This document shows positions 30,231 to 40,205 of a stretch of DNA of 64,000 bases, one piece after another (position 1 is the first letter of the stretch; each line of letters begins with the position of its first letter). The notes beneath the pieces are model-generated. The model had not been told where the DNA came from, made no database searches, and saw only the letters and a list, made by a program, of their open reading frames with translations. A program made the translations under genes and the position numbers. Origin of the DNA: Tengunoibacter tsumagoiensis (lineage in GTDB: Bacteria; Chloroflexota; Ktedonobacteria; Ktedonobacterales; Ktedonobacteraceae); NCBI RefSeq assembly GCF_003967535.1, contig NZ_BIFR01000001.1, forward strand, positions 113,493 to 177,492, in the 5' to 3' direction.

Positions 30231-31169
30231 ATGTCACTTGCTATGAGTCCCGAGAATACAATTCAAGTCGTAGGCATTCGTTTTCGTCCAGCCGGTCGTA
30301 TCTACTATTTTGATCCGCTGGAACAGACTTTTACCACGGGCCAATATGTCATTGTAGAGACGGTCCGCGGGGTTGAGGCTGGCCGAGTCGTTGTGGCTTC
30401 TAAACGCATTGCTGAGGGTGATCTAACCGATCCTCTCAAACCGGTTCTCCATTTAGCCACCGAAGACGAATTGCGAATGATGCTCTCTTTCAAAAGTAAA
30501 GAGAAGGATGCATTAGCTCGCTGCCACGAACGGGTCTTACAACACAAGCTTCCAATGAAACTTGTGGAGGCTGAATATACCTTCGATGGGAGCCGGTTGA
30601 CCTTCTATTTTACTGCTGATGAGCGCGTCGATTTTCGCGCGCTGGTTCGCGATCTCGCTGCAACGTTCCGCACCCGTATTGAACTTCGTCAGATTGGAGC
30701 TCGCGATCAAGCTAAGCTTCAGGGCGGCATCGGCCCCTGCGGCAAAACCCTCTGCTGTAGCTCCTGGATTACCGACTTTGGCATCGTTTCAATTAAAATG
30801 GCCAAAGAACAGGGCCTTCCACTTAATCCCTCCAAAATTTCTGGCGTCTGCGGTCGCTTGATGTGCTGCCTCTCCTATGAAAATGAGAATTATATCCAGG
30901 CCAAGCAACAGATGCCTCAGATCGGCACCTTTCTCTCGACGCCCAGTGGGTCTGGTAAGGTAATCGCCATTAATGTGCCACAAAATTCCGTTGAGGTGAT
31001 GCTGGAGAGCGGTGCCACTATTCATGTCCCTGTTCCCCCGAAGGAACAGGCTTCTGGAGGCGGTTGTGGAAGCGGTGGCTCTTGCGGTTGTAGTCGTACT
31101 GCCAGTTCTGAGGGTGGATCGTCCAAAGGTGGTGGATGCGGCTCTTGTAGCCTGAAGAAAAAATTGTAG
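30231..31169 (+). CDS. PSP1/RicT (YaaT)-like protein with Gly/Cys/Ser-rich C-terminal tail
   Basis: PSP1 C-terminal domain architecture. The tail is GGGCGSGGSCGCS...GGGCGSCS. Confidence 0.75.
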   Translation: MSLAMSPENTIQVVGIRFRPAGRIYYFDPLEQTFTTGQYVIVETVRGVEAGRVVVASKRIAEGDLTDPLKPVLHLATEDELRMMLSFKSKEKDALARCHERVLQHKLPMKLVEAEYTFDGSRLTFYFTADERVDFRALVRDLAATFRTRIELRQIGARDQAKLQGGIGPCGKTLCCSSWITDFGIVSIKMAKEQGLPLNPSKISGVCGRLMCCLSYENENYIQAKQQMPQIGTFLSTPSGSGKVIAINVPQNSVEVMLESGATIHVPVPPKEQASGGGCGSGGSCGCSRTASSEGGSSKGGGCGSCSLKKKL

Positions 31170-31217
31170 AGCAAAATCACGTAGCCGAGGTGCGTTGAGA
31201 GGAAGGTATGTGATTCT

Positions 31218-32783
31218 ATGTCATCAGATAATCATGATCCAGGGGCCGTCTGGCAAGGCCCCAGACCAACACAGGGGCCTGCTCAAGGGGCCTTTTTTGA
31301 TGCACAAGAGCCTACGCCTGTGTCCCTTCGGCCCACGGGCACTGCTCAGAAAAACTCATCAGCCAGATTTGCTCCTGCTAATACTATTGTCTCACCTGTT
31401 GAGGACGACCAGCCTGTAGCTCGCTCCGCTCCTCAAGGAACACTTCAATCGATTTCACAGTATCTTTTTCTTTTGATTATCCCGTTCTTTTTTTGTGCTT
31501 TGACCTGTGCTCTTGTGTTGCCCTTTATAGCTACCGGGCATGCTGCTCTTCCACGGCTGGGCTTCTGGCCTATACTGCTGGGCATTCTTGCCATTACCGT
31601 TGCTCAGGGCACTGCAATCTATTATGCTGGTAACGATAAAGGGCTGCTTGCACTTACGACCCTCGCAGGCCTGGCCCTGTTTCTCTTGATTGCGACCTTT
31701 TCGCTATTTGGCACAATTCCTGGCATCCTCCTGCTCATTGCTGTGATAGCTTTGGGTATCTGGCTTGCCCGCCACTGTCTCCATCCCGTCCCCGAAGGCT
31801 TCGTTGATATTATTTTTGCTCAGAAAAAATATAGCCGAACGCTGTATGCTGGCTTTAATATTCTGCTTCCCTGGGAGACGATCGCGGCCCAATTAAATGT
31901 GGAGGGGACACAATGGATCTGTCCTACTCAGACGGTTCAACTTTCGCGCGAGGAGGATGTGAGCTTACGAGCAGCTATCTCATATCAGGTGTTGCCTGAA
32001 GATGCCTATCTTACTATGACGCAGGTCAATTCGTGGGAAGAGAGTCTGCGTAACCTGCTGATTATCCATTTGCAAGAGGTAGCGCTCCAGTTCCAACCAG
32101 AGGATTTTCTTACCTGGCCTCAAGGGCTCCAGGCAGCCTCTAAAACCTATCGACCAGTGCAGAAAAGTGCCGATGATTTTATTGGAAGCGCGGAAAGACG
32201 TCAGCAGATCAATGATCGTTTATTAGCTGTTTTGAGCGATAAAGTTGCGCCCTGGGGCGTTCAGATCAATTGGGTCCAGATGCTGGATGTTGAGCTCATC
32301 CCACATCACGTTATCAAACCACAACAGATTATTGCTCAACCAGTTGAACAGGCTCAAGTAGTTGAGCAGGTAGCACAACCTGAGAACCTGGAAGTTCATA
32401 CAACGACGGCTGCAATTCCTGTTCCTCCGGCACAAAAGCCAGAAAATAACGTTGTGGCTCCCGCTGTTATACCTGCCAGTGCGATAGGCACGACCAGTAC
32501 ACCAACAAAACCTTTGCGAGAAGATCTCCTTATACGGGCGTATAAAGAAGTTCAGGATGGACATGTTACTGATCCTCAAGCCATTCGGAGTATTGCTATG
32601 AAATTTGAGGAGGTCGCTAAAGATCCAGTGCTTGCACAGACCGTAAGCTTTGATCCCGCTCGCGCTGCCCTCAATCTGTATGATCAGGCACGTAAATATG
32701 AGGAAAGTTATCTACGCCAACAGCAGCAGAATGGCATGAATCATGAGGCCCAGAAGGGTCCGGCGGGCAAGAGCTCGTATTAA
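31218..32783 (+). CDS. Membrane protein with SPFH/band-7-like domain and long Gln/Pro-rich C-terminal region
   Basis: The N-terminus is disordered, four TM helices follow, and the central part looks SPFH-like. Domain assignment is tentative. Confidence 0.45.
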   Translation: MSSDNHDPGAVWQGPRPTQGPAQGAFFDAQEPTPVSLRPTGTAQKNSSARFAPANTIVSPVEDDQPVARSAPQGTLQSISQYLFLLIIPFFFCALTCALVLPFIATGHAALPRLGFWPILLGILAITVAQGTAIYYAGNDKGLLALTTLAGLALFLLIATFSLFGTIPGILLLIAVIALGIWLARHCLHPVPEGFVDIIFAQKKYSRTLYAGFNILLPWETIAAQLNVEGTQWICPTQTVQLSREEDVSLRAAISYQVLPEDAYLTMTQVNSWEESLRNLLIIHLQEVALQFQPEDFLTWPQGLQAASKTYRPVQKSADDFIGSAERRQQINDRLLAVLSDKVAPWGVQINWVQMLDVELIPHHVIKPQQIIAQPVEQAQVVEQVAQPENLEVHTTTAAIPVPPAQKPENNVVAPAVIPASAIGTTSTPTKPLREDLLIRAYKEVQDGHVTDPQAIRSIAMKFEEVAKDPVLAQTVSFDPARAALNLYDQARKYEESYLRQQQQNGMNHEAQKGPAGKSSY

Positions 32784-32870
32784 ATAGCACGCTTTCTATT
32801 AGCAATTTCTACTAGCAATGCGGGAGATCACCAGGTGGATGGATCTCCCACATTGCTGTAAGAAAATCCT

Positions 32871-33839
32871 CTAGTTCACTGAAGCATGAGCAAACGTACC
32901 GAGGAGCTGGTTCAGGTGGGATGCCTGCTCTTCCTGCAAATGCATCCGGCTCTTATCAATCACATGAATATCAATTTTGGCATTGAAACGTTTGAGCGCT
33001 GCACTGGCCTCGGCAGGGCTCAATTCCCCTTCCCGACCCCAGATTGCGTTGGTAGGAACCTGCAAGCGAGACAGAGGCTCATGTACATCAAGAGCAAGCG
33101 AGCCACTCAGCACAGCATTCGCAGCCTGGAAGCTCTGTGGCTGATGGGCGCTTGTATAAAGATACTCGATAAAGTCATCACTGATCAGGCCAGGGTTCTG
33201 GTATCCAAAGCGATCATAATAAGCTCGGATAGCCGGGCGCGAAGTGAAGAGATTATAGATAAACTCTCCAACAATTGGCGTGCTCAAAATGGCCTTCCAG
33301 ATCCGCTGCAATGGGCCTGTATCTGGTTTCTGAACGAGAGAGGGGGAAGGAGAGAGCAGAATGAGGCGCTCAAAGAGTTGAGGATTGCGAGCAGCTACCG
33401 CAATAGCATACGCGCAGCTCTGATCATGAGCTACGACAAGAGCAGGCTGAGCAACCACCTCGCTTAAGAAATCATGGAGGAGATCAACCATCATTTCTGG
33501 AGTATAGTACAACTCTGGTCGATCAGAGAGGCCAAAGCCCAGCAGATCAAGAGCATACACGCGAAAGTTGGCTGAGAGGGCCTCGATATTTTTACGCCAT
33601 TCATATGAGGAGGCTCCCGGGCTGAAACCATGAATCAGGACCAGTGGTCTGGCCTCATGCTCACCCTTCACCTCATAAAACATATCACCATATTTCCAGG
33701 GATAGCGCCGCTCTTCACCAGTCAGTACTGTATCTAATTCGCCAACCATGGCACATGTGGCCTTATTATAGATAGCCATTGCTCCTAATGTTCCACCAAC
33801 CAGCAGGCCAGTGGTCAAGATTTTTTTTGTTAATGACAT
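32871..33839 (-). CDS. Alpha/beta hydrolase
   Basis: VLIHGFSPGASSYEW and a nucleophile elbow. Signal peptide or TM helix at the N-terminus. Confidence 0.8.
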   Translation of the reverse strand: MSLTKKILTTGLLVGGTLGAMAIYNKATCAMVGELDTVLTGEERRYPWKYGDMFYEVKGEHEARPLVLIHGFSPGASSYEWRKNIEALSANFRVYALDLLGFGLSDRPELYYTPEMMVDLLHDFLSEVVAQPALVVAHDQSCAYAIAVAARNPQLFERLILLSPSPSLVQKPDTGPLQRIWKAILSTPIVGEFIYNLFTSRPAIRAYYDRFGYQNPGLISDDFIEYLYTSAHQPQSFQAANAVLSGSLALDVHEPLSRLQVPTNAIWGREGELSPAEASAALKRFNAKIDIHVIDKSRMHLQEEQASHLNQLLGTFAHASVN

Positions 33840-34081
33840 TGTTGATCGCTCCTACTTCCTTCTTGATCTACCATCAACCAAAATAGGTCTGCACACAAAC
33901 AACCGCATCCCCACTTCTATGCGTAGCCCCACCCCTTTGCATATCGCATTAACCACACTTTTTTTATCTGACCCCTGCGAACGAATAGAGCAAAGCAAGT
34001 TCAAGAACTACTATAACATGGACAATTCATAGGGTGCAAACGGTCCTAGGTGAGGTTACCATATGGTAAACTAGCATCAAG

Positions 34082-35020
34082 ATGGATAAGCTACATTCAT
34101 ATCTCCGTTTTTCAACTGAGGTACAACTAGCGCTACAACAACAACAGGCTGTTGTTGCACTCGAGTCGACGGTAATCTCGCATGGACTCCCTTATCCAGA
34201 TAATCTGGAAGTCGCCCGGGCAATGGAGGCAATCATCCGCGCAGAAGGGGCATGTCCAGCAACAATTGCCGTTCACGACGGCCAGATTCTCGTAGGACTA
34301 CAGGAAGATGAGCTGTATCACCTCGCTCAAGCGCAGGACGGTATTCAAAAGGTAAGCCGTCGGGATCTGGCCGTAACGCTGGCGCAAGGAGGCTGGGGCG
34401 CAACGACGGTTGCTGGAACGATGCTCTGCGCCAATCTTGCCGGAATTCGTTTTTTTGCAACGGGCGGCATTGGGGGCGTCCATCAAGGCGCTACGACAAG
34501 TATGGATATCTCTGCCGATCTTCAGGAGCTCAGTCGTACGCCAGTGGCAGTGATCTGTGCCGGCGCAAAGTCTATTTTAGATCTCCGTTTAACGCTCGAA
34601 TATCTGGAAACCTATGGCGTTCCCGTTCTAGGCTGGCAGACAGCCGATTTTCCAGCTTTTTATGTGGCTAGCAGCGGCTATCCAGTCTCGCACTCTGTTT
34701 CTGATCTGGATGCCCTCGCTCAGATTATTCGTACGCAATGGCAGTGTGGACTCGGTGGACTACTTGTAACCTGTCCGATACCCGAGGCATATGCGCTCTC
34801 CGCCGAGGACCTGGAACGGCATATCACAGCTGCCCTGGAGCAAGCAGAGCTCAAAGAGATACGTGGTGCAGCTCTCACACCCTTTGTACTGGCCACAGTA
34901 GCGAGCAGCACTGCTGGTGCCAGCCTGGTAGCCAATAAGGCTCTCCTACTAAACAATGCACTGTGGGCCGCGCGATTTGCTCGTACGTACTACCAATCTA
35001 AAGATGTTGCTTTATTCTGA
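34082..35020 (+). CDS. psuG: Pseudouridine-5'-phosphate glycosidase
   Basis: ALESTVISHGLPYP...GGWGATTVAGTM...ATGGIGGVH matches the IndA/PsuG family. Confidence 0.9.
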   Translation: MDKLHSYLRFSTEVQLALQQQQAVVALESTVISHGLPYPDNLEVARAMEAIIRAEGACPATIAVHDGQILVGLQEDELYHLAQAQDGIQKVSRRDLAVTLAQGGWGATTVAGTMLCANLAGIRFFATGGIGGVHQGATTSMDISADLQELSRTPVAVICAGAKSILDLRLTLEYLETYGVPVLGWQTADFPAFYVASSGYPVSHSVSDLDALAQIIRTQWQCGLGGLLVTCPIPEAYALSAEDLERHITAALEQAELKEIRGAALTPFVLATVASSTAGASLVANKALLLNNALWAARFARTYYQSKDVALF

Positions 35021-35114
35021 TTTACCGACTACAATACGATCTACGTAAGAGAATTTTCTGTCTGCGTATTGGACAGTCTCGTGTAACAATCCTCCTCGAA
35101 AGGAGCCGGATATC

Positions 35115-35504
35115 GTGAACAATCCCTTTGAGATACGCAAGGTGATTGGGGGCGTCGTTCTTACTCTGTTGTGGCTGTGTACTTTTCTATTTGTCAGCTC
35201 AACATTGGTAATCGACTGGGCTGGTGATGGTCGTGGTACCCTGACCCCCTTAAAACCCATTATCATCTTGATCGGTCTCTTTATTCTCGTTCTCTATCAT
35301 ATCCTTTATAAGTCGAGCCCGGAAACAAATAAGTTGAGCTGGACCTCGGTCCTGACACTCAGCTGGCTTTCGTTGATCCTGTTCTACCCCTTTAAGGATC
35401 CCGCCAATTATAATGGCGGAGCCGTGGGCTTCTTTGCCCTTATTGGTGGCCTGGCCGTCTGCGTACTCTGGGTGCGTTTCTTCTCTGATGAAATTGTCGC
35501 CTAA
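35115..35504 (+). CDS. Hypothetical membrane protein (129 aa, about 4 TM)
   Basis: AAAGGAG RBS with a GTG start. Hydrophobic throughout. Confidence 0.5.
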   Translation: MNNPFEIRKVIGGVVLTLLWLCTFLFVSSTLVIDWAGDGRGTLTPLKPIIILIGLFILVLYHILYKSSPETNKLSWTSVLTLSWLSLILFYPFKDPANYNGGAVGFFALIGGLAVCVLWVRFFSDEIVA

Positions 35505-35515
35505 GAGGCCAACAA

Positions 35516-35556
35516 GAAAAAGGAGCCCTCTTCTCCACAAGAAGGCTCCTTTTTTG
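35516..35556 (+). terminator. Intrinsic terminator
   Basis: AAAAAGGAGCC...GGCTCCTTTTTT. Confidence 0.6.
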
Positions 35557-36023
35557 TGTGAGGAACCAATCACCCTGACACACTTTCCTATCTTCCACTT
35601 TTTAACTGTCTTTTATACAATCGAGCAGATACTATTTCTTAACTTCCCTCTAGTACTTTGCTACTAATTTTTTGCCCTCTCAATTCAATCTCAAAATGGC
35701 TGTGGTAACATACCTCTTGAGACAATGCTCTCAATTCATACTATGTCAATATGCCTTGTAAAGACTTCTATCAGTTCATGGCGGCTTGCTATGACTGCCT
35801 CTGTTTATAGAGGGGTTTTCCTGGCTTGAGAAAGCCAGTGCCGTTTGCCTATACAACCGGTTGTGCAAACCTCTCTCTCTTCTCCGCACGGACGCTTCTA
35901 CTCGTAGGCCTTCCTCGCTGTACCTGGCTCTTTGCCAGGAGGCTGAGGACAGCGTAGCTATGCCTTTCTTCAGACATTTCAGCTACGCCTATCACATTGT
36001 TTCTGTAGGAAGAGAGTTCGCAT

Positions 36024-37361
36024 ATGCATACATTCAAACAGACAGAGGTTCCAAACACCTCGTATGGAAAAAAGGGGCGACGTTTCTCGCCCTGGATGCT
36101 CGTTGGAGGTCTTAGTACGCTCCTGGTCATTCTTGGTTCGGGGCTGTTCTTTTTTGCTCAACCAACGATTGGCTCACAAGCCGCAGCAGCCGTTCCAAAT
36201 GGAGAGTGTAGTCTCATCGTTCCTCCTCAACCATTGACCGCTGAAGGTCTGGCAACTCCTTATCAATTGGTTGCTACACAGCCCGATAAAGGGGCCTGCC
36301 ATGAAGCCAATGCCAAACAAGCTGCCTTTGTTCAAGGGGCGGTGTTTGATCCTGCGACCAACCAGATCTCTATTTATAATCCTCTGGTCGTTGATAAAGG
36401 CAAGAAACCTGCCATGCCTCCTGTGGTCCCAACACTCCCTGCGAATGCAGTTGTTGGACTCTGGTTTGGCTCCAATGGCACTGTGCTCACCCTTCGATCG
36501 TCTCAAAATAGTCTGACTGATGGCAACTGCGTCAATGGTCTGCCAGGTTCGCCCTTTGGTCAGTTCGCTTACTGCAATGCTCCTGACTTCTTTACAGCGG
36601 TCAATGCGGCTATTAAAGCGGGCAAGTTAACACCACCTGCATTGGGCATGGGCAATGATGGCCTGACTTGCCCCAGTGTCCGTGACTTCGGTGTGGTCGA
36701 TATGGATCAAAGCGATAATGTTAATACAACCTATCTTATTGATAGGAAGGGCCGTGTGGCTCAGATGACAGCTGCCAATGTCCAGCAACTGCCAGAGGCT
36801 ACGATTCAGGTCAATGGTAGTGATAATCGGCTGCTCTCAAGTGCTATGGATGGCGCTCTCGGCTGTCACTCGTGGTCCGCTCCCGATCTGGCCGATCCTG
36901 GTAAAATGGTCCCGGCTCTGCCTCTCAATGAGCTCCAGGCAGCTACCTATCAGGCCGCTCCCATGGCCACCATCCCGGCCAATGATCCAATGGTAAAGGT
37001 TGGCGATACCATGAGCTTGAAGAAGCTCAATCTCTATCGCGTTGGTGTGAACCAGCCTGTGGTTCAGAATAAGAACGATGCTTCGACGAGCCAGTACTGC
37101 AAAAATCTGCTCTCAGTTGCTCCCACTCGCATTCGGAACGATAAGGCCTTTACTCAGTTGATGCCATCCGTTGATCCTGCTGTGGCGAACAATCTATTCA
37201 CTTTCCTTGCCCAGCGCTTTAACGCTACCTGGGGACAGGATGGGCTGAATTGTCAGAATCTGATCAAGCAGAAGAGTCCAATCAAAGTGACGATGAATAA
37301 GCAAGGCATTGCTGTTAACGCTACTTTTAAAGGCAATCTGTTCGATAGCATGGGCAATTAA
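36024..37361 (+). CDS. Secreted/membrane-anchored hypothetical protein (445 aa)
   Basis: Signal-anchor LVGGLSTLLVILGSGLFFFA and a Cys-containing extracellular domain. No recognised family. Confidence 0.6.
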   Translation: MHTFKQTEVPNTSYGKKGRRFSPWMLVGGLSTLLVILGSGLFFFAQPTIGSQAAAAVPNGECSLIVPPQPLTAEGLATPYQLVATQPDKGACHEANAKQAAFVQGAVFDPATNQISIYNPLVVDKGKKPAMPPVVPTLPANAVVGLWFGSNGTVLTLRSSQNSLTDGNCVNGLPGSPFGQFAYCNAPDFFTAVNAAIKAGKLTPPALGMGNDGLTCPSVRDFGVVDMDQSDNVNTTYLIDRKGRVAQMTAANVQQLPEATIQVNGSDNRLLSSAMDGALGCHSWSAPDLADPGKMVPALPLNELQAATYQAAPMATIPANDPMVKVGDTMSLKKLNLYRVGVNQPVVQNKNDASTSQYCKNLLSVAPTRIRNDKAFTQLMPSVDPAVANNLFTFLAQRFNATWGQDGLNCQNLIKQKSPIKVTMNKQGIAVNATFKGNLFDSMGN

Positions 37362-37380
37362 AAGGATTATCCGAGCTTCA

Positions 37381-37432
37381 AAAGATGTGAAGGGAGCATC
37401 ACTTTTTCAGGTGATGCTCCCTTCACATCTTT
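37381..37432 (+). terminator. 22-bp perfect hairpin terminator
   Basis: AAAGATGTGAAGGGAGCATCAC ... GTGATGCTCCCTTCACATCTTT followed by TT. Confidence 0.6.
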
Positions 37433-37466
37433 TTGGCGAAAGAGGGGATTAAGTTCCTGTCATACG

Positions 37467-37512
37467 ACACCAGACAAAAAAGCAGGCCATCCAAAGATCC
37501 TGGATGGCCTGC
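37467..37512 (-). terminator. Intrinsic terminator of rplU-rpmA operon
   Basis: On the minus strand, GCAGGCCATCCA ... TGGATGGCCTGC is followed by TTTTTTG. Confidence 0.6.
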
Positions 37513-37534
37513 TTCTGCTTTACTAAGCTTTTAC

Positions 37535-37861
37535 TTAGATCTCAACTCCTGCGCTAAGAGCAGCTTCCTGAGCTGCCAGCAATTCAGCGATGGAAGGGCG
37601 ATCAGGGAACTCGGTAACGATGCTTACTGAACGATGAGTACGATCGGCATGGCCGAATTTTACGTAGCCGTCAATTAAAGCAAAGAGGGTGTGGTCGCGA
37701 CCAACACCAATGTGAGGACCTGGTTTGATTTTGGTGCCACGCTGGCGCACAATAATGCTACCTGCGGTCACAAGCTGTCCATCAAAGCGTTTGACGCCGA
37801 GCATCTTGGGCTTGCTATCACGACCATTGCGTGAGCTACCCATTCCTTTTTTATGTGCCAT
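37535..37861 (-). CDS. rpmA: 50S ribosomal protein L27 with ~25 aa C-terminal extension
   Basis: [16 protein letters not shown]...GTKIKPG matches L27. An extra [25 protein letters not shown] follows. Confidence 0.9.
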   Translation of the reverse strand: MAHKKGMGSSRNGRDSKPKMLGVKRFDGQLVTAGSIIVRQRGTKIKPGPHIGVGRDHTLFALIDGYVKFGHADRTHRSVSIVTEFPDRPSIAELLAAQEAALSAGVEI

Positions 37862-37868
37862 GACTTAA

Positions 37869-38351
37869 TTACTCCTCTGTGCTTTCTGCCTTGGTAGTAC
37901 GGCGCCGGCGAGCTGGCTTCTTTTCGCTCGTCTCTTCAACAGCAACTGGGGTCTCTACAGCTGGTGCCTCTGTGGCAGCTGCTGCAACTGGCTGCTTCTC
38001 AGCCTTAGGAGCCTCGCCTGAAATCAGGCTTTTACCATCGGCCAGAATGTCGTTAATGGTCAGAACAGTGAGTTCCTGGCGATGACCGCGGCGATGGCGA
38101 TAACGCTTCTTTGATTTGTACTTGAAGACAATCAACTTCTCACCACGAGTCTGCCCCTCAACGGTGGCCAGAACTTCAGCGCCCTCAACAAAAGGGGCAC
38201 CAACGAGTGAGCGGTCAGCATCGGAGATCAATAACACTTCTCCAATGCGGAGCTGAGCCCCATCTTCTACATTTAAGAGACGGTTGACTTCAAGCTTCTG
38301 ACCGACAGAGACTTTATACTGCCGTCCGCCACTTTTGATAACTGCAAACAT
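37869..38351 (-). CDS. rplU: 50S ribosomal protein L21 with ~55 aa C-terminal extension
   Basis: MFAVIKSGGRQYKV matches L21. TAAGGAGA RBS. The tail is Ala/Glu/Pro/Thr-rich and ends in RRRR. Confidence 0.9.
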   Translation of the reverse strand: MFAVIKSGGRQYKVSVGQKLEVNRLLNVEDGAQLRIGEVLLISDADRSLVGAPFVEGAEVLATVEGQTRGEKLIVFKYKSKKRYRHRRGHRQELTVLTINDILADGKSLISGEAPKAEKQPVAAAATEAPAVETPVAVEETSEKKPARRRRTTKAESTEE

Positions 38352-39073
38352 GTTGTCTTTTCTCCTTATTTTGGTCCGGTCCCTACGCACAGTCCAGGAG
38401 GATACGTGGGAGGCAAAGGTGGAGCGCCATCCAGCACTGTTCCTTTGGTCCTAGAGTTTTTGCTCAGAAGAGTTATTTCACCACAACTGAATCGGCAGGC
38501 CAGAGTGCCCGCAAACGTAGGGGTTGCACCCCTTGCTCATCTCTCTTTGAGGATCAACATCTCTGGGGGCGACTTAGCACGTCTTTTTTGCACGACAATT
38601 TCGCACAAAATAGTGCTCAACAATGATAACAGCGATCTCCAGACTTGTCAATGCTCTCCTGACTCTCTGACTCTCTACCCCCTTCTCACAAAAAAGGCCA
38701 TGAGTATGGAAGAGGAACAACATAAGGCTCTCTTTCTCTTCGATCTGCAAGTATCTGGAACTACGAAGAAATTTTACCCTCCTCGCTATTGACCTGATCT
38801 CCATTAGAGAGACCTCTATTTAACGAGAGGAGGGTAAGCCCCCGGGCTCGTTTGGGAAGGCAATCTTCTTTTTCAGATGCTGCAAAGTCTGTACAAAGTT
38901 TAAACTAAACAGTATAATAGAGTGGATAGAGGGTTTCTTCATCAATAGATGGTACAGAATGCCATCTCTTAAGCTGCTGACCATTATAGTGTGTCAAAGG
39001 GACATTGTGCCAACGTACATGCCAATATAGATGTCAATATACGATCAGGCAGCGGATCTGACTTTGAAAGAGA

Positions 39074-40177
39074 ATGAATACTAAACATACAGCCATTGCC
39101 ACTGAACTCGAATATTATTCGGACACGCCGCTCTTCAATACGAAGGCTGTCGTCCAGCAGACGGGTATCCCGGCTCCAACCCTACGAGCCTGGGAGCGCC
39201 GCTATCAATTACTCTCTCCTGAGAGGGCCGATAATACCTACCGTCTTTATTCAGAACGGGATATTAACCTCATTCGCTGGCTTAAAGATCAGGTTGATAC
39301 GGGGATGTCAATCAGTCAGGCCATCGCACTGTTCCGCCACCTCAACGAAGAACATACGGCAGCATCCAAAGAGAGCTCATCAGCTTTTTCTATTGCCCTT
39401 CCACAACCTGTAGCGGAGCCGCTTGAAGCTGAAGAAAAGGCAGATGAAAAAGCACAGTATCCCCTGCTTGATTCAGCTCATGATATGCTGGAGTCCCCAC
39501 CGTCCAAAAACGATACGATGGAGATTATCCAGAACCATCTCATTGAAATTTTTCAAAGTTTAGACGAGCAGACGGCTCATGTCCTGATGGGCTCGGTCTT
39601 ATCTCTCTATTCTGTAGAGCAGGTCTGCCTGGGAATTGTTACACCTACGCTCTGGAAGATAGGTCAGCTCTGGGAAGAGGGCAAAATTACGGTGACCGTT
39701 GAGCACTTTGCCAGCAATTTCTTTCGAGCCCTTCTGACAAATCGTTTCTATGTCACACCTGGCCCTCTACAGGGCCCATTGGTTCTGGTGGCCAGCGCTC
39801 CTCAGGAAGCTCATGAACTGGCAGCGCTCATGCTCGCTCTCTTTCTACGCCGCCAGGGCATTCGTGTCGCATATCTAGGTCAATCGATCGAGACAATTGG
39901 CCTCCTCCATACTGTTCGCCGTCTGAAGCCCACGTTGATCTGCCTTTCCGTCACTATGCCCAATTATATATCGAATCTTGTCCAGCTCAGCCAGTTACTA
40001 CAGCATATACCCATTCCTCGACCAACACTCGTCTTTGGAGGGCAAGCATTCGTGCATCAGGACCATCTCATTGAAAGCATTGCTGGCTGCTATGTAAGTG
40101 GCGATCTCGCTACCGTTGCAAGCAAACTACAAAGCATGATTCTTGCACAGACGGACTATTCTGGGTCATCCACATAA
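39074..40177 (+). CDS. MerR-family regulator with C-terminal cobalamin-binding domain (CarH/LitR-like)
   Basis: N-terminal MerR HTH (QQTGIPAPTLRAWERRY). C-terminal B12-binding Rossmann-like domain (VLVASAPQEAHELAALMLALFLRRQG...ICLSVT). Confidence 0.85.
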   Translation: MNTKHTAIATELEYYSDTPLFNTKAVVQQTGIPAPTLRAWERRYQLLSPERADNTYRLYSERDINLIRWLKDQVDTGMSISQAIALFRHLNEEHTAASKESSSAFSIALPQPVAEPLEAEEKADEKAQYPLLDSAHDMLESPPSKNDTMEIIQNHLIEIFQSLDEQTAHVLMGSVLSLYSVEQVCLGIVTPTLWKIGQLWEEGKITVTVEHFASNFFRALLTNRFYVTPGPLQGPLVLVASAPQEAHELAALMLALFLRRQGIRVAYLGQSIETIGLLHTVRRLKPTLICLSVTMPNYISNLVQLSQLLQHIPIPRPTLVFGGQAFVHQDHLIESIAGCYVSGDLATVASKLQSMILAQTDYSGSST

Positions 40178-40205
40178 GCAAGAAAATGAGGGGGAAGAGA
40201 GCGCT

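Noticed and set aside
38406-38792. 128 aa plus-strand ORF in the rplU upstream region
   Set aside because: It overlaps the expected L21 operon leader/promoter on the opposite strand. It has no RBS and its product is low-complexity.
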